Assembly (NCBI GenBank): GCA_937896565.1
Contig: CALBOV010000005.1
Span: 396-64,395 of the forward strand
Reading direction: 5' to 3'
DNA: 64,000 nt
Origin: an uncultured Salinisphaerales bacterium
GTDB taxonomy: Bacteria; Pseudomonadota; Gammaproteobacteria; Nevskiales; OUC007
In this document: one piece after another, positions 1 to 10,600 of the stretch
Layout of the letters: each line of letters begins with the position of its first letter
Numbering within the stretch: position 1 is the stretch's first letter
Translations under genes and position numbers: made by a program
The notes under the pieces: generated by a model
Database searches by the model: none
What the model saw: only the letters and a program-made list of their open reading frames with translations
What the model was told of the DNA's origin: nothing

Positions 1-153
1 GCCGCCGTCGATCTGGGCGCCCATCTCCTCGGCGAAGATCCGGTAGCGCAGCTGCTGGCAGGCTTTCACATCGGCGTCATTGACGGCGAATTCGTGCACG
101 AACCTGGATGCGGGTTCGACTTGTGGGCGCGTCTCTCGCGAAGTAACAGCCAT
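1..153 (-). CDS. GNAT-family N-acyltransferase, OlsB-like (ornithine-lipid synthesis); 5' part only, runs off the window
   Basis: Manual translation from ATG 153: MAVTSRETRPQVEPASRFVHEFAVNDADVKACQQLRYRIFAEEMGAQIDGG. The QxLRYxxFxEExGA motif is typical of Acetyltransf_5/OlsB proteins. Confidence 0.7.
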   Translation of the reverse strand, partial: MAVTSRETRPQVEPASRFVHEFAVNDADVKACQQLRYRIFAEEMGAQIDGG

Positions 154-199
154 GCTTCACCTGCCGGCAGATCGAATGGTCGAAGTCTAGGACCGGTCT

Positions 200-239
200 A
201 TTGTCGCGACATTAACGCATCGTGAAGCTTCTATGACAG
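200..239 (-). promoter_or_regulatory. Pho-box-like tandem 11-bp repeats upstream of the olsB-like gene
   Basis: Minus strand reads CTGTCAT-agaa-GCTTCAC-gatg-CGTTAAT-gtcg-CGACAAT, followed 10 bp later by a -10-like TAGACT (plus 184-189). Confidence 0.6.
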
Positions 240-902
240 ATCCGGGGACTCCGCGGCCCCGGTTACGGCACCGACCGCGCCGTCGAAAATCGGCTGAAAC
301 TGGTTGACGATCTGGCAGAACAGATCGGCGGTTTGCTCGGTGTCGTAGCGCGCGGAATGCGCCGAGGCATCGTCGTAATCGAGCCCCGCCGCCAGCAATG
401 CGCGCTTGAGCACGGTCTGCCCGTAGGCGACGCCACCCAGCGTGGCGGTGTCGAAGGCCGAGAAGGGATGAAACGGATTGCGCTTGATCCCGGTGCGGGT
501 GATCGCGGCGTTCAGGAAGCCGAGGTCGAAATGCGCGTTGTGGCCCACCAGGATGGCCTTGGTGCAGCCGGTTGCCCGGATCTCCGCCCGAATCTCCTTG
601 AACAGCCGGGACAGGGCATCCTGTTCGCTCACCGCCGGCCGCAGCGGGTGATGCGGATCGATGCCGTTGACCTCCAGCGAGGCCGGTTCCATGTTGGCAC
701 CCTCGAAGGGCTTGACGTGGTAGGCCGCCGTTTCATGGCGGTACAGGCGTCCGGTCTCGTCCATTCGTACCAGCACCACGGCGATTTCCAGCAGGGCGTC
801 GGTCGCGGCGTTGAAACCGCCGGTTTCCACATCGACGACCACGGGAAGGAATCCACGGAAGCGTTTTGCGATGGCCGGGTTGGCGGCCGGGTTCTCGGAC
901 AC
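231..902 (-). CDS. rnt: Ribonuclease T
   Basis: [36 protein letters not shown] and HSARYD motifs of the DEDDh RNase T family. Confidence 0.96.
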   Translation of the reverse strand: MSENPAANPAIAKRFRGFLPVVVDVETGGFNAATDALLEIAVVLVRMDETGRLYRHETAAYHVKPFEGANMEPASLEVNGIDPHHPLRPAVSEQDALSRLFKEIRAEIRATGCTKAILVGHNAHFDLGFLNAAITRTGIKRNPFHPFSAFDTATLGGVAYGQTVLKRALLAAGLDYDDASAHSARYDTEQTADLFCQIVNQFQPIFDGAVGAVTGAAESPDLS

Positions 903-1015
903 GTTGGGACCGGGTGGGGCGGCGAAGGAATCGGCAGTCTATCAGGCTATACTCACGCGCCCCCGCGTTTCCCAAACGACCGGCCCTCCGGGGTCGCAGC
1001 TATCGAGCACGGACC

Positions 1016-2233
1016 ATGAGTCAACCCAGCAAGATCGTTCTCGCCTATTCTGGCGGCCTGGACACCTCGGTGATCCTCAAATGGCTGCAGGACCGTTACC
1101 AGTGCCCCGTCGTGACGTTCACGGCCGACCTCGGCCAGGGCGAGGAGGTGGAATCGGTGCGACCGAAGGCCGAGGCGCTGGGTGTCGAGGAAATCTTCAT
1201 CGAGGATCTGCGCGAGACCTTCGTGCGCGACTACGTGTTCCCGATGTTCCGGGCGAACGCGATCTATGAGGGCGAATACCTGCTGGGCACGTCGATTGCG
1301 CGGCCGCTGATCGCGCGCCGCCTGGTCGAGATCGCCGAGCAGACCGGCGGCGATGCCATCGCCCATGGCGCGACCGGCAAGGGCAACGATCAGGTGCGGT
1401 TCGAACTGGGTGCCTATGCGCTCAAGCCGGACATCCAGGTCATCGCTCCGTGGCGGTTCTGGGACCTGAATTCCCGGGAAAAGCTGATCGCCTACGCGGA
1501 AAGCCACGGCATTCCCATCGCGCGCAAGAAGGACGGCGGATCGCCGTACTCCATGGACGCCAACGCGCTGCACATCTCCTACGAGGGCGGCGAGCTGGAG
1601 GATCCCTGGGTCGAGCCGGAACCCGCCATGTGGCGCTGGACCAAGGACCCACGCGAGGCCACCGACACGCCGCTGGTACTGACGCTGACCTTCGCCCACG
1701 GCGATGTCGTGGCGATCGACGGCGAGGCGATGACGCCCTACCAGGTGCTGGCCAAGCTCAACGCGGTGGGCGGCGAACATGGCGTCGGCCGGATCGACAT
1801 CGTCGAGAACCGCTATGTCGGCATCAAGTCACGCGGCTGCTACGAGACGCCCGGCGGCACCATCCTGCTCAAGGCGCACCGCGCCATCGAGTCGATCACC
1901 CTGGACCGCGAAGTCGCGCATCTGAAGGACGAACTGATGCCGCGCTACGCCAAGCTGATCTACAACGGCTACTGGTTCGCGCCGGAGCGCAAGCTGCTGC
2001 AAAAGGTCATCGACGACAGCCAGCGCCCGGTCAACGGCGAAGTGCGGCTGCGGCTGTACAAGGGCAACGTCGAGGTGCTGGGGCGCCGCTCCGAATCCGA
2101 CAGCCTGTTCGATCCGCGCATCGCCACCTTCGAGGACGATGCCGGCGCCTACTCGCAGGCCGACGCGGCCGGGTTCATCAAGCTGAACGCGCTGCGGCTA
2201 CGCCTGGGCGCGCACCTGACCGGGCGGGACTGA
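1016..2233 (+). CDS. argG: Argininosuccinate synthase
   Basis: [24 protein letters not shown] and [12 protein letters not shown] motifs; start at ATG 1016. Confidence 0.98.
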   Translation: MSQPSKIVLAYSGGLDTSVILKWLQDRYQCPVVTFTADLGQGEEVESVRPKAEALGVEEIFIEDLRETFVRDYVFPMFRANAIYEGEYLLGTSIARPLIARRLVEIAEQTGGDAIAHGATGKGNDQVRFELGAYALKPDIQVIAPWRFWDLNSREKLIAYAESHGIPIARKKDGGSPYSMDANALHISYEGGELEDPWVEPEPAMWRWTKDPREATDTPLVLTLTFAHGDVVAIDGEAMTPYQVLAKLNAVGGEHGVGRIDIVENRYVGIKSRGCYETPGGTILLKAHRAIESITLDREVAHLKDELMPRYAKLIYNGYWFAPERKLLQKVIDDSQRPVNGEVRLRLYKGNVEVLGRRSESDSLFDPRIATFEDDAGAYSQADAAGFIKLNALRLRLGAHLTGRD

Positions 2234-2258
2234 GCGACCCGCCCGGCAGGGCGAAAGG

Positions 2259-3125
2259 TTATGCCGCTGAGGAATCCGGTGCAGGTGCTTCACTGACCAG
2301 ATGCACCGTCCGCTGCGGGAACGGAATCTCGATGTCGTTCTCGTCGAAGGTCAGCTTGATCCGCTCGATCAGGTCGCAGCGGGTCGCCCACCAGTCGGCC
2401 GAGGCCGCCCAGCCGCGCACGGCGAAATCGACCGAGTTGTCGCCCAGGTTGGTGACGACGACGCTGGGGGCGGGATCGTCGAGGATGCGCGGTTCCTCCT
2501 TGAGCATGTCCACCAGCAGGTCCTTGGCCTTCTTCAGGTCCGATCCGTAGCCGATCCCGATTGCCAGGTCCACGCGGCGGGTGGGCAGGGCGCTGAAGTT
2601 GGTGATCTTGTTGCCCCAGACGCTGGCGTTCGGCAGCCAGACGAGCTGGTTGTCGAAGGTCTTGAGGATGGTCGAGGTGATCTTGATTTCCTCGACGATG
2701 CCCATCTGCCCGCCGATGTCGACGACGTTGCCCTTGGCGAAGGGGCGGAACAGGATCAGCATCACGCCGGCGGCGAACGAGGACAGTTGATTCTGCAACG
2801 CGAGGCCAATGGCCAGCGCGGCGCCACCGAGCAGGGCGGCGGCGGAGGTGGTGTCCACGCCCAGCTGTCCCAGCGCGGAGATGATGATGATCGCCAGCAA
2901 CAGGCCGTAGGACACGTTGCCCAGGAAGGTGATCAGTGTTTCGTCCAGCTTGGCGCGCGTCATCGCCTTTCTGGCGAGCTTGACCACGAGCTGCGCGACC
3001 CAACGCCCGATGAAGAAGATGGCGATGGCCGATATGAGGCCCTTGGCGATCGGAATGCCCAGCAGCAGCAACGCTTGCGGGTCGTTCAACATCTCCTTCG
3101 TGAATTCCATGCGCGATTCGTCCAT
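2259..3125 (-). CDS. mscS: Small-conductance mechanosensitive channel (MscS family)
   Basis: TM3 AIGLALQNQLSSFAAG, RPFAKG and C-terminal IEIPFPQR; alternative start at 3110. Confidence 0.9.
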   Translation of the reverse strand: MDESRMEFTKEMLNDPQALLLLGIPIAKGLISAIAIFFIGRWVAQLVVKLARKAMTRAKLDETLITFLGNVSYGLLLAIIIISALGQLGVDTTSAAALLGGAALAIGLALQNQLSSFAAGVMLILFRPFAKGNVVDIGGQMGIVEEIKITSTILKTFDNQLVWLPNASVWGNKITNFSALPTRRVDLAIGIGYGSDLKKAKDLLVDMLKEEPRILDDPAPSVVVTNLGDNSVDFAVRGWAASADWWATRCDLIERIKLTFDENDIEIPFPQRTVHLVSEAPAPDSSAA

Positions 3126-3267
3126 GTCGTTAAGATGCCCGGAAGTTTAGGGAACGCGGATTGCTTCGCACAATCGCGTGCAACTTGAACGGATGCGAGA
3201 AGCCGTAGCGGGGACGCGATTCCGGTGGCCACGCATCACCATTCGCGACTGAAGGGGTGTCAAGACG

Positions 3268-4302
3268 ATGATGTCCAGGGCGGGAATCGCCTTCCTGTGT
3301 CTTTGCGTGGCGCCGGCGGCATGGGCGCAGGGTTTGGAAGCCGAGGTCGTCGATCCCGATGACATCGAGGCCTGCGCGCGCGAACTGGTCGCGACCGCGC
3401 CGCCCGAGGTCGAGGTGGGAACCTTGCGCCAGGTCTGCGAGGACCAGTTGCGCAGCGGGCTGTCGGCGCAACAGGCCGCCGATGCGGAGCAGGATCGCAA
3501 CGGGACGGCGCTGGAGCGGCGGTTGCGGTTCGAGGAAGTGACGCAGCTCAACCCCTTCGTGCTCACGCCGTATCGGCCGAACTACGTGCTGCCGCTGGCG
3601 TATCAGGACAGCCCCAACCTGGCGAGCACCAACGGCAACGGGATTTCCGAGCGGTTGGAGGTGAAATTCCAGTTGAGCTTCCGGATTCCCGTCCTGCGGG
3701 ATGTGCTTGGCAGTGGCGCCGACCTGTCGATTGCCTATACCGGGCTGTCGTTCTGGCAGGCCTACGACGCCTCGCAGTCGCGACCGTTTCGTGAAACCAA
3801 CCACGAACCGGAGGCCTTTCTCAGTTTCGATGTGGACTGGTCCCTGTTTGGTCACCTGAATCAGATCCAGGTCGGCATCAATCACCAGTCCAATGGTCGC
3901 GATTTGCCGGAGTCGCGGAGCTGGAACCGCATCTATTCGACCTTCATCTGGGAAGTCGAGGACATGATTGTGGCGTTCCGGCCATGGATTCGCATCCCGG
4001 ACCGGGAGAAGAAAACGCCGGACGATCCGCGTGGCGACGACAACCCGAACATCGAGCGTTACGCCGGGCAGTTTGAGATGGTCGTCGCCTGGCGCAACGA
4101 CAACGACACCTATTCGGCGGTCTGGCGAAACAACGCCAGGGCCGACAATCGCGGCAGTCTGGAACTGGGCTGGAGTTTTCCGTTCACCGGCCGCGCCAGG
4201 GGCTATGTGCAGCTGTTCACCGGCTACGCCGAGAGCCTGATCGACTACCAGGATCACCACAACCGGATCAGCATTGGCATCCTGCTCACCGACTGGTTGT
4301 GA
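3268..4302 (+). CDS. pldA: Outer-membrane phospholipase A (OMPLA)
   Basis: Signal peptide; EVKFQLS, PFRETNHEPE, catalytic HQSNG, SRSWNR and GYAESLIDY motifs. Confidence 0.92.
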   Translation: MMSRAGIAFLCLCVAPAAWAQGLEAEVVDPDDIEACARELVATAPPEVEVGTLRQVCEDQLRSGLSAQQAADAEQDRNGTALERRLRFEEVTQLNPFVLTPYRPNYVLPLAYQDSPNLASTNGNGISERLEVKFQLSFRIPVLRDVLGSGADLSIAYTGLSFWQAYDASQSRPFRETNHEPEAFLSFDVDWSLFGHLNQIQVGINHQSNGRDLPESRSWNRIYSTFIWEVEDMIVAFRPWIRIPDREKKTPDDPRGDDNPNIERYAGQFEMVVAWRNDNDTYSAVWRNNARADNRGSLELGWSFPFTGRARGYVQLFTGYAESLIDYQDHHNRISIGILLTDWL

Positions 4303-4386
4303 ACCCGGGCGCCCGTCTGGGGTCTGTGAATGCGGGGGCGGAACAGACGTCGCAGGATGCGGTGTCCCTGATGCCAAGGAGATGCG

Positions 4387-5235
4387 ATGCTGGCCGAGTT
4401 CGCGAGGCCTGAGTCGTCGGACAGTCTGACCGCGGGCCTGTTGAGAGGCCTGCTACTGGTGCTGCTGGTCGTGCTGGCCGGTTGCGCCTCGCGGCCCGTC
4501 GAACCCGAGGCGGACGCGACCGCCGAACCCTCGGCGCAACAGGCACCGCCGGCCACCGCCAAGGATATCGAGCCCACCGTGGTGGCCTACGAGCCGCCGC
4601 CCGATCCGCTGATCCGCGTCAACCGCGCCATCTTCGCGTTCAACGACGTGACCTTTCGCTACGTGTTCGCGCCGTTGTCCAAGGGCTACGAGTTCGTCGT
4701 CCCGCGGCCGGTGCGTACGGGCATCGGCAACGCGTTCGACAACATCAAGATGCCGATCCGCACCGTCAATTTCCTGTTGCAGGGGCGGTTTCGGGCCGCC
4801 GGCATCGATACCACCCGATTCCTGGTCAATTCCACCGTGGGGCTGGCGGGCCTGTTCGATCCCGCCGAGGCCTGGCTGGGGCTGAAGCAGGAGGACACCG
4901 GCTTTGTCGACACGCTGGATGGCTACGGGGCCGGGCAGGGCACGTTCATCGTCATTCCGTTCTACGGACCGGCGGACCTGCGACGCGGTTCGGGTTTGAT
5001 CGTCGACTATTTCCTCAATCCGATTCCGTATCTGGTGGACCAGCCGGAAGCGACGCTGATCAACGGCTTCGACCTGTTCCAGGAATACGGGCCCAGCGCC
5101 CAGCAGTACAAGAAGCTGCAGAAGGAGGCCGAGGACCCGTACATCTTCATGCGCAACCTGTACATGCAGGGCGTGCAGCGCGACGAGGACTATCCGCGCA
5201 AGTCGCCGAATCTGCCCGACGAGGCGCGTGAATGA
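4387..5235 (+). CDS. VacJ/MlaA-family lipoprotein
   Basis: Lipobox LAGC; DPLIRVNRAIFAFND, RFLVNSTVGLAGLFD and DPYIFMRNLYMQ motifs. Confidence 0.88.
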   Translation: MLAEFARPESSDSLTAGLLRGLLLVLLVVLAGCASRPVEPEADATAEPSAQQAPPATAKDIEPTVVAYEPPPDPLIRVNRAIFAFNDVTFRYVFAPLSKGYEFVVPRPVRTGIGNAFDNIKMPIRTVNFLLQGRFRAAGIDTTRFLVNSTVGLAGLFDPAEAWLGLKQEDTGFVDTLDGYGAGQGTFIVIPFYGPADLRRGSGLIVDYFLNPIPYLVDQPEATLINGFDLFQEYGPSAQQYKKLQKEAEDPYIFMRNLYMQGVQRDEDYPRKSPNLPDEARE

Positions 5236-7634
5236 GCTGGGCGGAACGGCTGGTTCGCCACAATCGCTGGGTGCTCGCTCTGTTCGCGATCGTGGCGGCA
5301 GGTCTGGCCGTCTATGCGCCCCGGTTCGAGATCAATGCCTCCGCCGAGACGCTGATTTCGGAGGGCAATCGCGACTACATCCAGGCGCGTCTGGTCCAGC
5401 AGCGCTTCGCGTCCGAGGCGTTCGTGCTCGTCGCCTACGAGCCGGCGGGGCACGACCTGTTCGGTGCGCAGTCGATCGATGACCTGCGCGCGCTGACGCG
5501 CGAGATCGGCCGGCTGGAGACGGTGGAATCGGTCCGCTCGCTGATCAACGTGCCGCTGATTCCCGCGGACGCGTCGGTGCGGCTGTCATCGGATGTCGAT
5601 CCCGACGCCTGGCTGCTGGACAACCTGTCGCCCGGGCCTCGGGAGCTGCGGAAGATTCTGGATGGCCATCCGATTTACGACGGACTGCTGGTGAACGAGG
5701 CGATGACCGCCACCGCCCTGCAGGTCATGTTCCGCAGCGACCCCGAACTGGACGAGTTGCAACGACGGATCATCGACATCCAGTCGGGCCGGCTGGAAGG
5801 CCGGCTGACCGACGAGCAACTGACGCGACTGGAGCGGCTGCGCGAGCAGGCCAGTCCCCTGGAGAAGGCGCAGCGGCGAGCGCGGTCGGAAGACATCGCC
5901 GCGATGCGCGAGATTGCCGACCGCTACCGTGACAGCGCCAATCTCTATCTGGGCGGCGCGGAGGTACTGGGTGTCGATCTGATCCGCATGGTGCGCAACG
6001 ACCTGCGCGTGTTCGGGCTTGCCGTGCTCGGAATGATCAGCCTGGTGCTGCTGCTGGTCTTCCGCCGGATCCGCTGGGTGCTGCTGCCACTGGTCTGCTG
6101 CGGCGTCAGCGTGATCATGACGCTGGGCCTGTTTGGCCTGCTGGGTCTCAAGGCGACGGTGATTTCGGCCAATTTCATCGCCTTGCAGCTGGTGCTCACG
6201 CTGGCTGTCGTGGTGCATCTGATCGTGCAGTACCGCGAGGAGGCCGAGGCGGATGCGGGCGCCGATCAGCGGGCGCTGGTGACGCGGACCCTGCGACGCA
6301 AGCTGGGCCCGTGCCTGTACGCCGGGCTGACGACGTCGGTGGGCTTCGCGTCGCTGATCCTCACCGACATCGAGCCCGTTCGCGCCTTCGGGCTGATGAT
6401 GATTCTGGCGATGGCGGTGTCGATCCTGACCAGCCTGATCCTGTTCCCGGCGACGATGCTGATGCTGCGGAGGGTCAGCGGTTCGGGTGACGATCGCTGG
6501 GTGCGCGGCACGGTGAATGGCCTGTCCGGATTGTCGATCCGACGCGGCGCGCTGGTGATGATGGCGGCGATCGCGACCTTCGTGCTGGCGGTGGCGGGCA
6601 CCCTGCTGCTGGACGTGGAGAACAGCTTCATCGACTACTTCGACGAGTCCACGCGCATTCACGAGGAACTGACGTTCATCGACCGCGAGTTCGGCGGGTC
6701 CACGCCGCTGGACGTGATCTACCACATGCCTGGCGGTGGACCGGACGGTGGCAATCTGGTGATCCGCGCCGAGACGGTGCAGATGCTGCAACGGATGCAG
6801 GCGGTGATGGATGAGCAGCCGGCGATGGGCACCGTGCTGTCGCTGGTCAACTTCACCGAGCTGGCGCGCGCGCTCAACGGCGATCGTCCGTTGACCGAAA
6901 CCGAACTGACGGCGGTCTACTGGATGCTGGACGAGTCGATGCGCAAGAACCTGGTGCGCAGCTACTTTTCGGAATCCGCCGGGCATCTGCGGCTGTCGGC
7001 GCGCATCGTCGACACCACCGAGGGTCTGGATCGCGGCGACCTGCTGCAATCCCTGCGTCAGGGCTTCGAGGACCAGGGGCTGACGCCGGATGACTATCTG
7101 ATCACCGGGCTGTTCGTGCTCTACCAGGATCTGCTGGAACGGCTGTTCAGCTCGCAGGCGATGACCCTGGGCGTGGTGTTTGTCGCGCTGGCGCTGGCCT
7201 TCGCGCTGATCTTCCGTTCGTTGCGCATCGCCGTCATCGCGGTGATTCCCAACGTGCTGTCGGCCTTCGTCGTCCTGGGCGTGATGGGCTGGGCCGGCAT
7301 TTCGCTGGACTTCATGACCATCACCATCGCGGCGGTGGCCATGGGTATCGCGGTGGATGACACCATCCACTACGTCCACCGCTTCCTGGAAGAGCGGCGC
7401 GGCGGCGGCGATGCGGTAGCGGCGGTGCGGGCCTCGCATCGCAGCATCGGCGCCGCTCTGCTTTATACGACGCTGATCATCGTCTGCGGCTTCGCGTTGC
7501 TGGGCTTCTCCGATTTCGTGCCCAGCGTGCTGTTCGGGTTGCTGTCCGCGCTGGCGATGCTGGTCGCGCTGATCACCGATCTGACCCTGTTGCCGGTGAT
7601 GTTGCGGCGCTTCGCGTCCGAGGCGCGGTCATGA
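5232..7634 (+). CDS. MMPL/RND-family transporter
   Basis: 800 aa with two periplasmic loops and two TM bundles; GIAVDDTIHY motif; 4-bp overlap with the mlaA-like gene. Confidence 0.88.
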   Translation: MSWAERLVRHNRWVLALFAIVAAGLAVYAPRFEINASAETLISEGNRDYIQARLVQQRFASEAFVLVAYEPAGHDLFGAQSIDDLRALTREIGRLETVESVRSLINVPLIPADASVRLSSDVDPDAWLLDNLSPGPRELRKILDGHPIYDGLLVNEAMTATALQVMFRSDPELDELQRRIIDIQSGRLEGRLTDEQLTRLERLREQASPLEKAQRRARSEDIAAMREIADRYRDSANLYLGGAEVLGVDLIRMVRNDLRVFGLAVLGMISLVLLLVFRRIRWVLLPLVCCGVSVIMTLGLFGLLGLKATVISANFIALQLVLTLAVVVHLIVQYREEAEADAGADQRALVTRTLRRKLGPCLYAGLTTSVGFASLILTDIEPVRAFGLMMILAMAVSILTSLILFPATMLMLRRVSGSGDDRWVRGTVNGLSGLSIRRGALVMMAAIATFVLAVAGTLLLDVENSFIDYFDESTRIHEELTFIDREFGGSTPLDVIYHMPGGGPDGGNLVIRAETVQMLQRMQAVMDEQPAMGTVLSLVNFTELARALNGDRPLTETELTAVYWMLDESMRKNLVRSYFSESAGHLRLSARIVDTTEGLDRGDLLQSLRQGFEDQGLTPDDYLITGLFVLYQDLLERLFSSQAMTLGVVFVALALAFALIFRSLRIAVIAVIPNVLSAFVVLGVMGWAGISLDFMTITIAAVAMGIAVDDTIHYVHRFLEERRGGGDAVAAVRASHRSIGAALLYTTLIIVCGFALLGFSDFVPSVLFGLLSALAMLVALITDLTLLPVMLRRFASEARS

Positions 7635-10600
7635 CCGGCGCAGGTCCAGGGTGGTCGGAAAATCCGGATTCTCGCCAGCCGGCGTGAACCGGAACGGACC
7701 GGGGGTGTGGCCTACCGTCTCGAAGCGGGACAGTCGGCGTGATTCCGCCTCGTAGGCGTTGACCGGGAAGGTGTCGTAGCTGCGCCCGGCGGGGTGGGCG
7801 ACATGGTAGGTCAGCCCGCCCAGCGATCGGTTGTTCCAGGTATCGACGAGATCAAAGATCAGCGGGGTGTCCGCGCCCAGCGTCGGGTGCAGGGCGGACC
7901 ACGGCTTCCAGGCACGGAAGCGCACGCCCGCTACCGATTCGCCGGTGCGACCGGTCGGCGTCAGCCGGACCTGCCGGCCGTTGCAGGCGATGGCGAAGCG
8001 GTCGCCGGTGAGACCGTTGACCTTGATCTGGACGCGTTCGGTGGAGGAATCCACGTAGCGCGCGGTGCCCCCGGCGCCGGGTTCCTCGCCCAGCGTGATC
8101 CAGGGCTCCAGTGCGTGGCGCAGCTCCAGGGTGATGCCCCGATAGGTCACCGTGCCGTGGGCGGGGAAGCGGAACTCGAAATGCGGCGCGAACCAGTCGG
8201 GCCGGAATGCGAACCCTGCGGCGTCCAGGTCGGCGATCACGTCCAGAAAATCCTGCCAGCAGAATTCCGGGAGCAGGAAGCGGTCGTGCAGTGTCCGGCC
8301 GAAGCGGTTCAGCGGCGCCTCGTAGGGCGTCTCCCAGAACCACGCGACCAGCGAACGCAGCAGCAGTTGCTGCACCAGGCTCATCTGCGCATGCGGCGGC
8401 ATCTCGAAACCGCGGAATTCGATCAGTCCGAGGCGCCCGGTTGGCGAATCCGGCGAGTAGAGCTTGTCGATGCAGATCTCGCTGCGGTGGGTGTTGCCGG
8501 TCAGGTCGGTGAGCAGGTGGCGGAGGATGCGATCGACCAGCCACGGCGGGGCATCCTGGCCCTTGCGCGGCAGTTCCGACAGCGCGATGCCCAGTTCGTA
8601 CAGCGCATCGTCGCGGGCCTCGTCCACGCGGGGCGACTGCGAGGTCGGACCGATGAACAGGCCCGAGAACAGGTACGACAGGCTGGGATGGTTCTGCCAG
8701 TAGCGGATCAGGCTGCCGAGCACGTCCGGCCGGCGCAGGAACGGGCTGTCGTTGGTGGTTGGCCCGCCGAGCACGACATGGTTGCCGCCGCCGGTGCCGA
8801 CGGCGCGGCCGTCAATCAGGAATTTCTCCGTGCCCAGTCGGCACTGGCGTGCGTCCTCGTAGAGGCCGAAGGTCTGCTCCTTCATCGCATCCCAGTCCGC
8901 GACCGGCTGCACGTTCACCTCGATCACGCCCGGGTCGGGGGTGACGGATAGCTTGTCCAGTCGCGGATCGGATGGCGGCGGGTAGCCCTCGATGCGCACC
9001 GGGGCCCCCAGTGTTTGGGCGCCCTGCTCGATGGCCGCGACCAGGTCGAGGTAGTCCTGGGCGTTCTGGGTTGGCGGCATGAACACATGCAGCCGTCCGT
9101 CCCGCGGTTCCACGGTCAGCGCGGTGCGCACCGGTCCGAACTCGCTGGCGGCCGGCTGCGGCGCCGGCGCGGCGTCCACCGGGGTGGCGCGGTGCGAGGG
9201 ATGCATGATCTGGGGGGGGCGTTCCAGCGGCGGCTTCGGCTCGGTCGGGTCGTCCTGCATCACTTGGGGATAGGCGCCTTCCTCCACCCAGGGCAGCGAT
9301 TGCAACGGCAGGCGGAAACCGATGGGTGAATCCCCCGGCAGCAGGAACAAATGCCTGGTCCGGGTCTTCCACAGCTCGGAAATCCACGGCTTGCCCGCCT
9401 TGGAGTTCTGGCGCTGCACCGGCAGCACGAAGCCGCGCGGCGTGTTCAGGCCGCGCTCGAACACGGCGGCCAGCCGCGTGCGTTCCTCCAGGTCGTCCAG
9501 CTTGGAATCCAGCGGATCGACGTTCTCCGGCAGCCCGCGCTCCTTGCGGATGTAGTGCCAAGGATCCTCGTAGACGGGTTGGACGAAGTCGGTTTTCAGG
9601 CCGATCTGTTCCGCCAGATGCTCGGTTAGCGCCCGCGCATCGGTGACCAGCGCTTCCGGCGGCTTGTCGGACGGGGTGTCCGGCAGGTCGTGCTCCAGAA
9701 TCGGTTCGCCGTCGCGGCGCAGATGCAGCGAGTAGGCCCAGCGCGGCAGCGATTCGCCGGGGTACCACTTGCCCTGGCCGAAGGTCATCAGCCCGCCCGG
9801 CGCGACGCGCTCGGCCAGCCGGCCGATCAGTTGCCGGGCCCGGGCCTCCTTGGTGGGGCCGACCGCCGCGGTGTTCCATTCGGCGGATTCGAAGTCGTCG
9901 ATGGACACGAAGGTCGGCTCGCCGCCCTGGGTCAGGCGCACATCGTTCTCCGACAGGATCTCGTCGACGGACTGACCCAGGGCGTCGATGGCCGACCACT
10001 GATCGTCGGTGTACGGCTTGGTCACTCGCGGCGTTTCGATGATCCGCTGCACCGACATGTCGTGCTCGAACGTGACCTCGCAGGGGTCGACACCGCCGGT
10101 CACCGGCGCGGCCATCGATGGCTCGGGCGTCGCGGTCAGCGGTATGTGCCCCTCACCGCAGAACAGGCCGGAGGTGGAATCCAGCCCGACCCAGCCGGCG
10201 CCGGGGATGAACACCTCGCACCAGGCATGCAGGTCGGTGAAGTCGACATCGGTACCGCTCGGACCGTCCAGCGACTTCACGTCCGGCTTGAGCTGGATCA
10301 GGTAGCCGGAGCAGAACCGGGTCGCGTAGCCCATGTGGCGCAGCAGCTGCGCCAGCAGCCAGGCGGAATCGCGGCAGGAGCCCCGGCCCTTGGTCAGGGT
10401 TTCCTCCGGCGTCTGCACGCCGGGCTCCATGCGGATCACGTAGTCGACCTCGTCGGCGATGCGCTGGTTCAGCATCACCAGGAAATCGACGGTGCGCATG
10501 GGTTTGCGCGGTTCCATCGCATTGAGCAGCCCGGCGAAACGGCGGCCCAGATGCGATGCAGGCAGCGGCGTGTCCAGGTAGGGGCCGAGATCCTCGGCCA

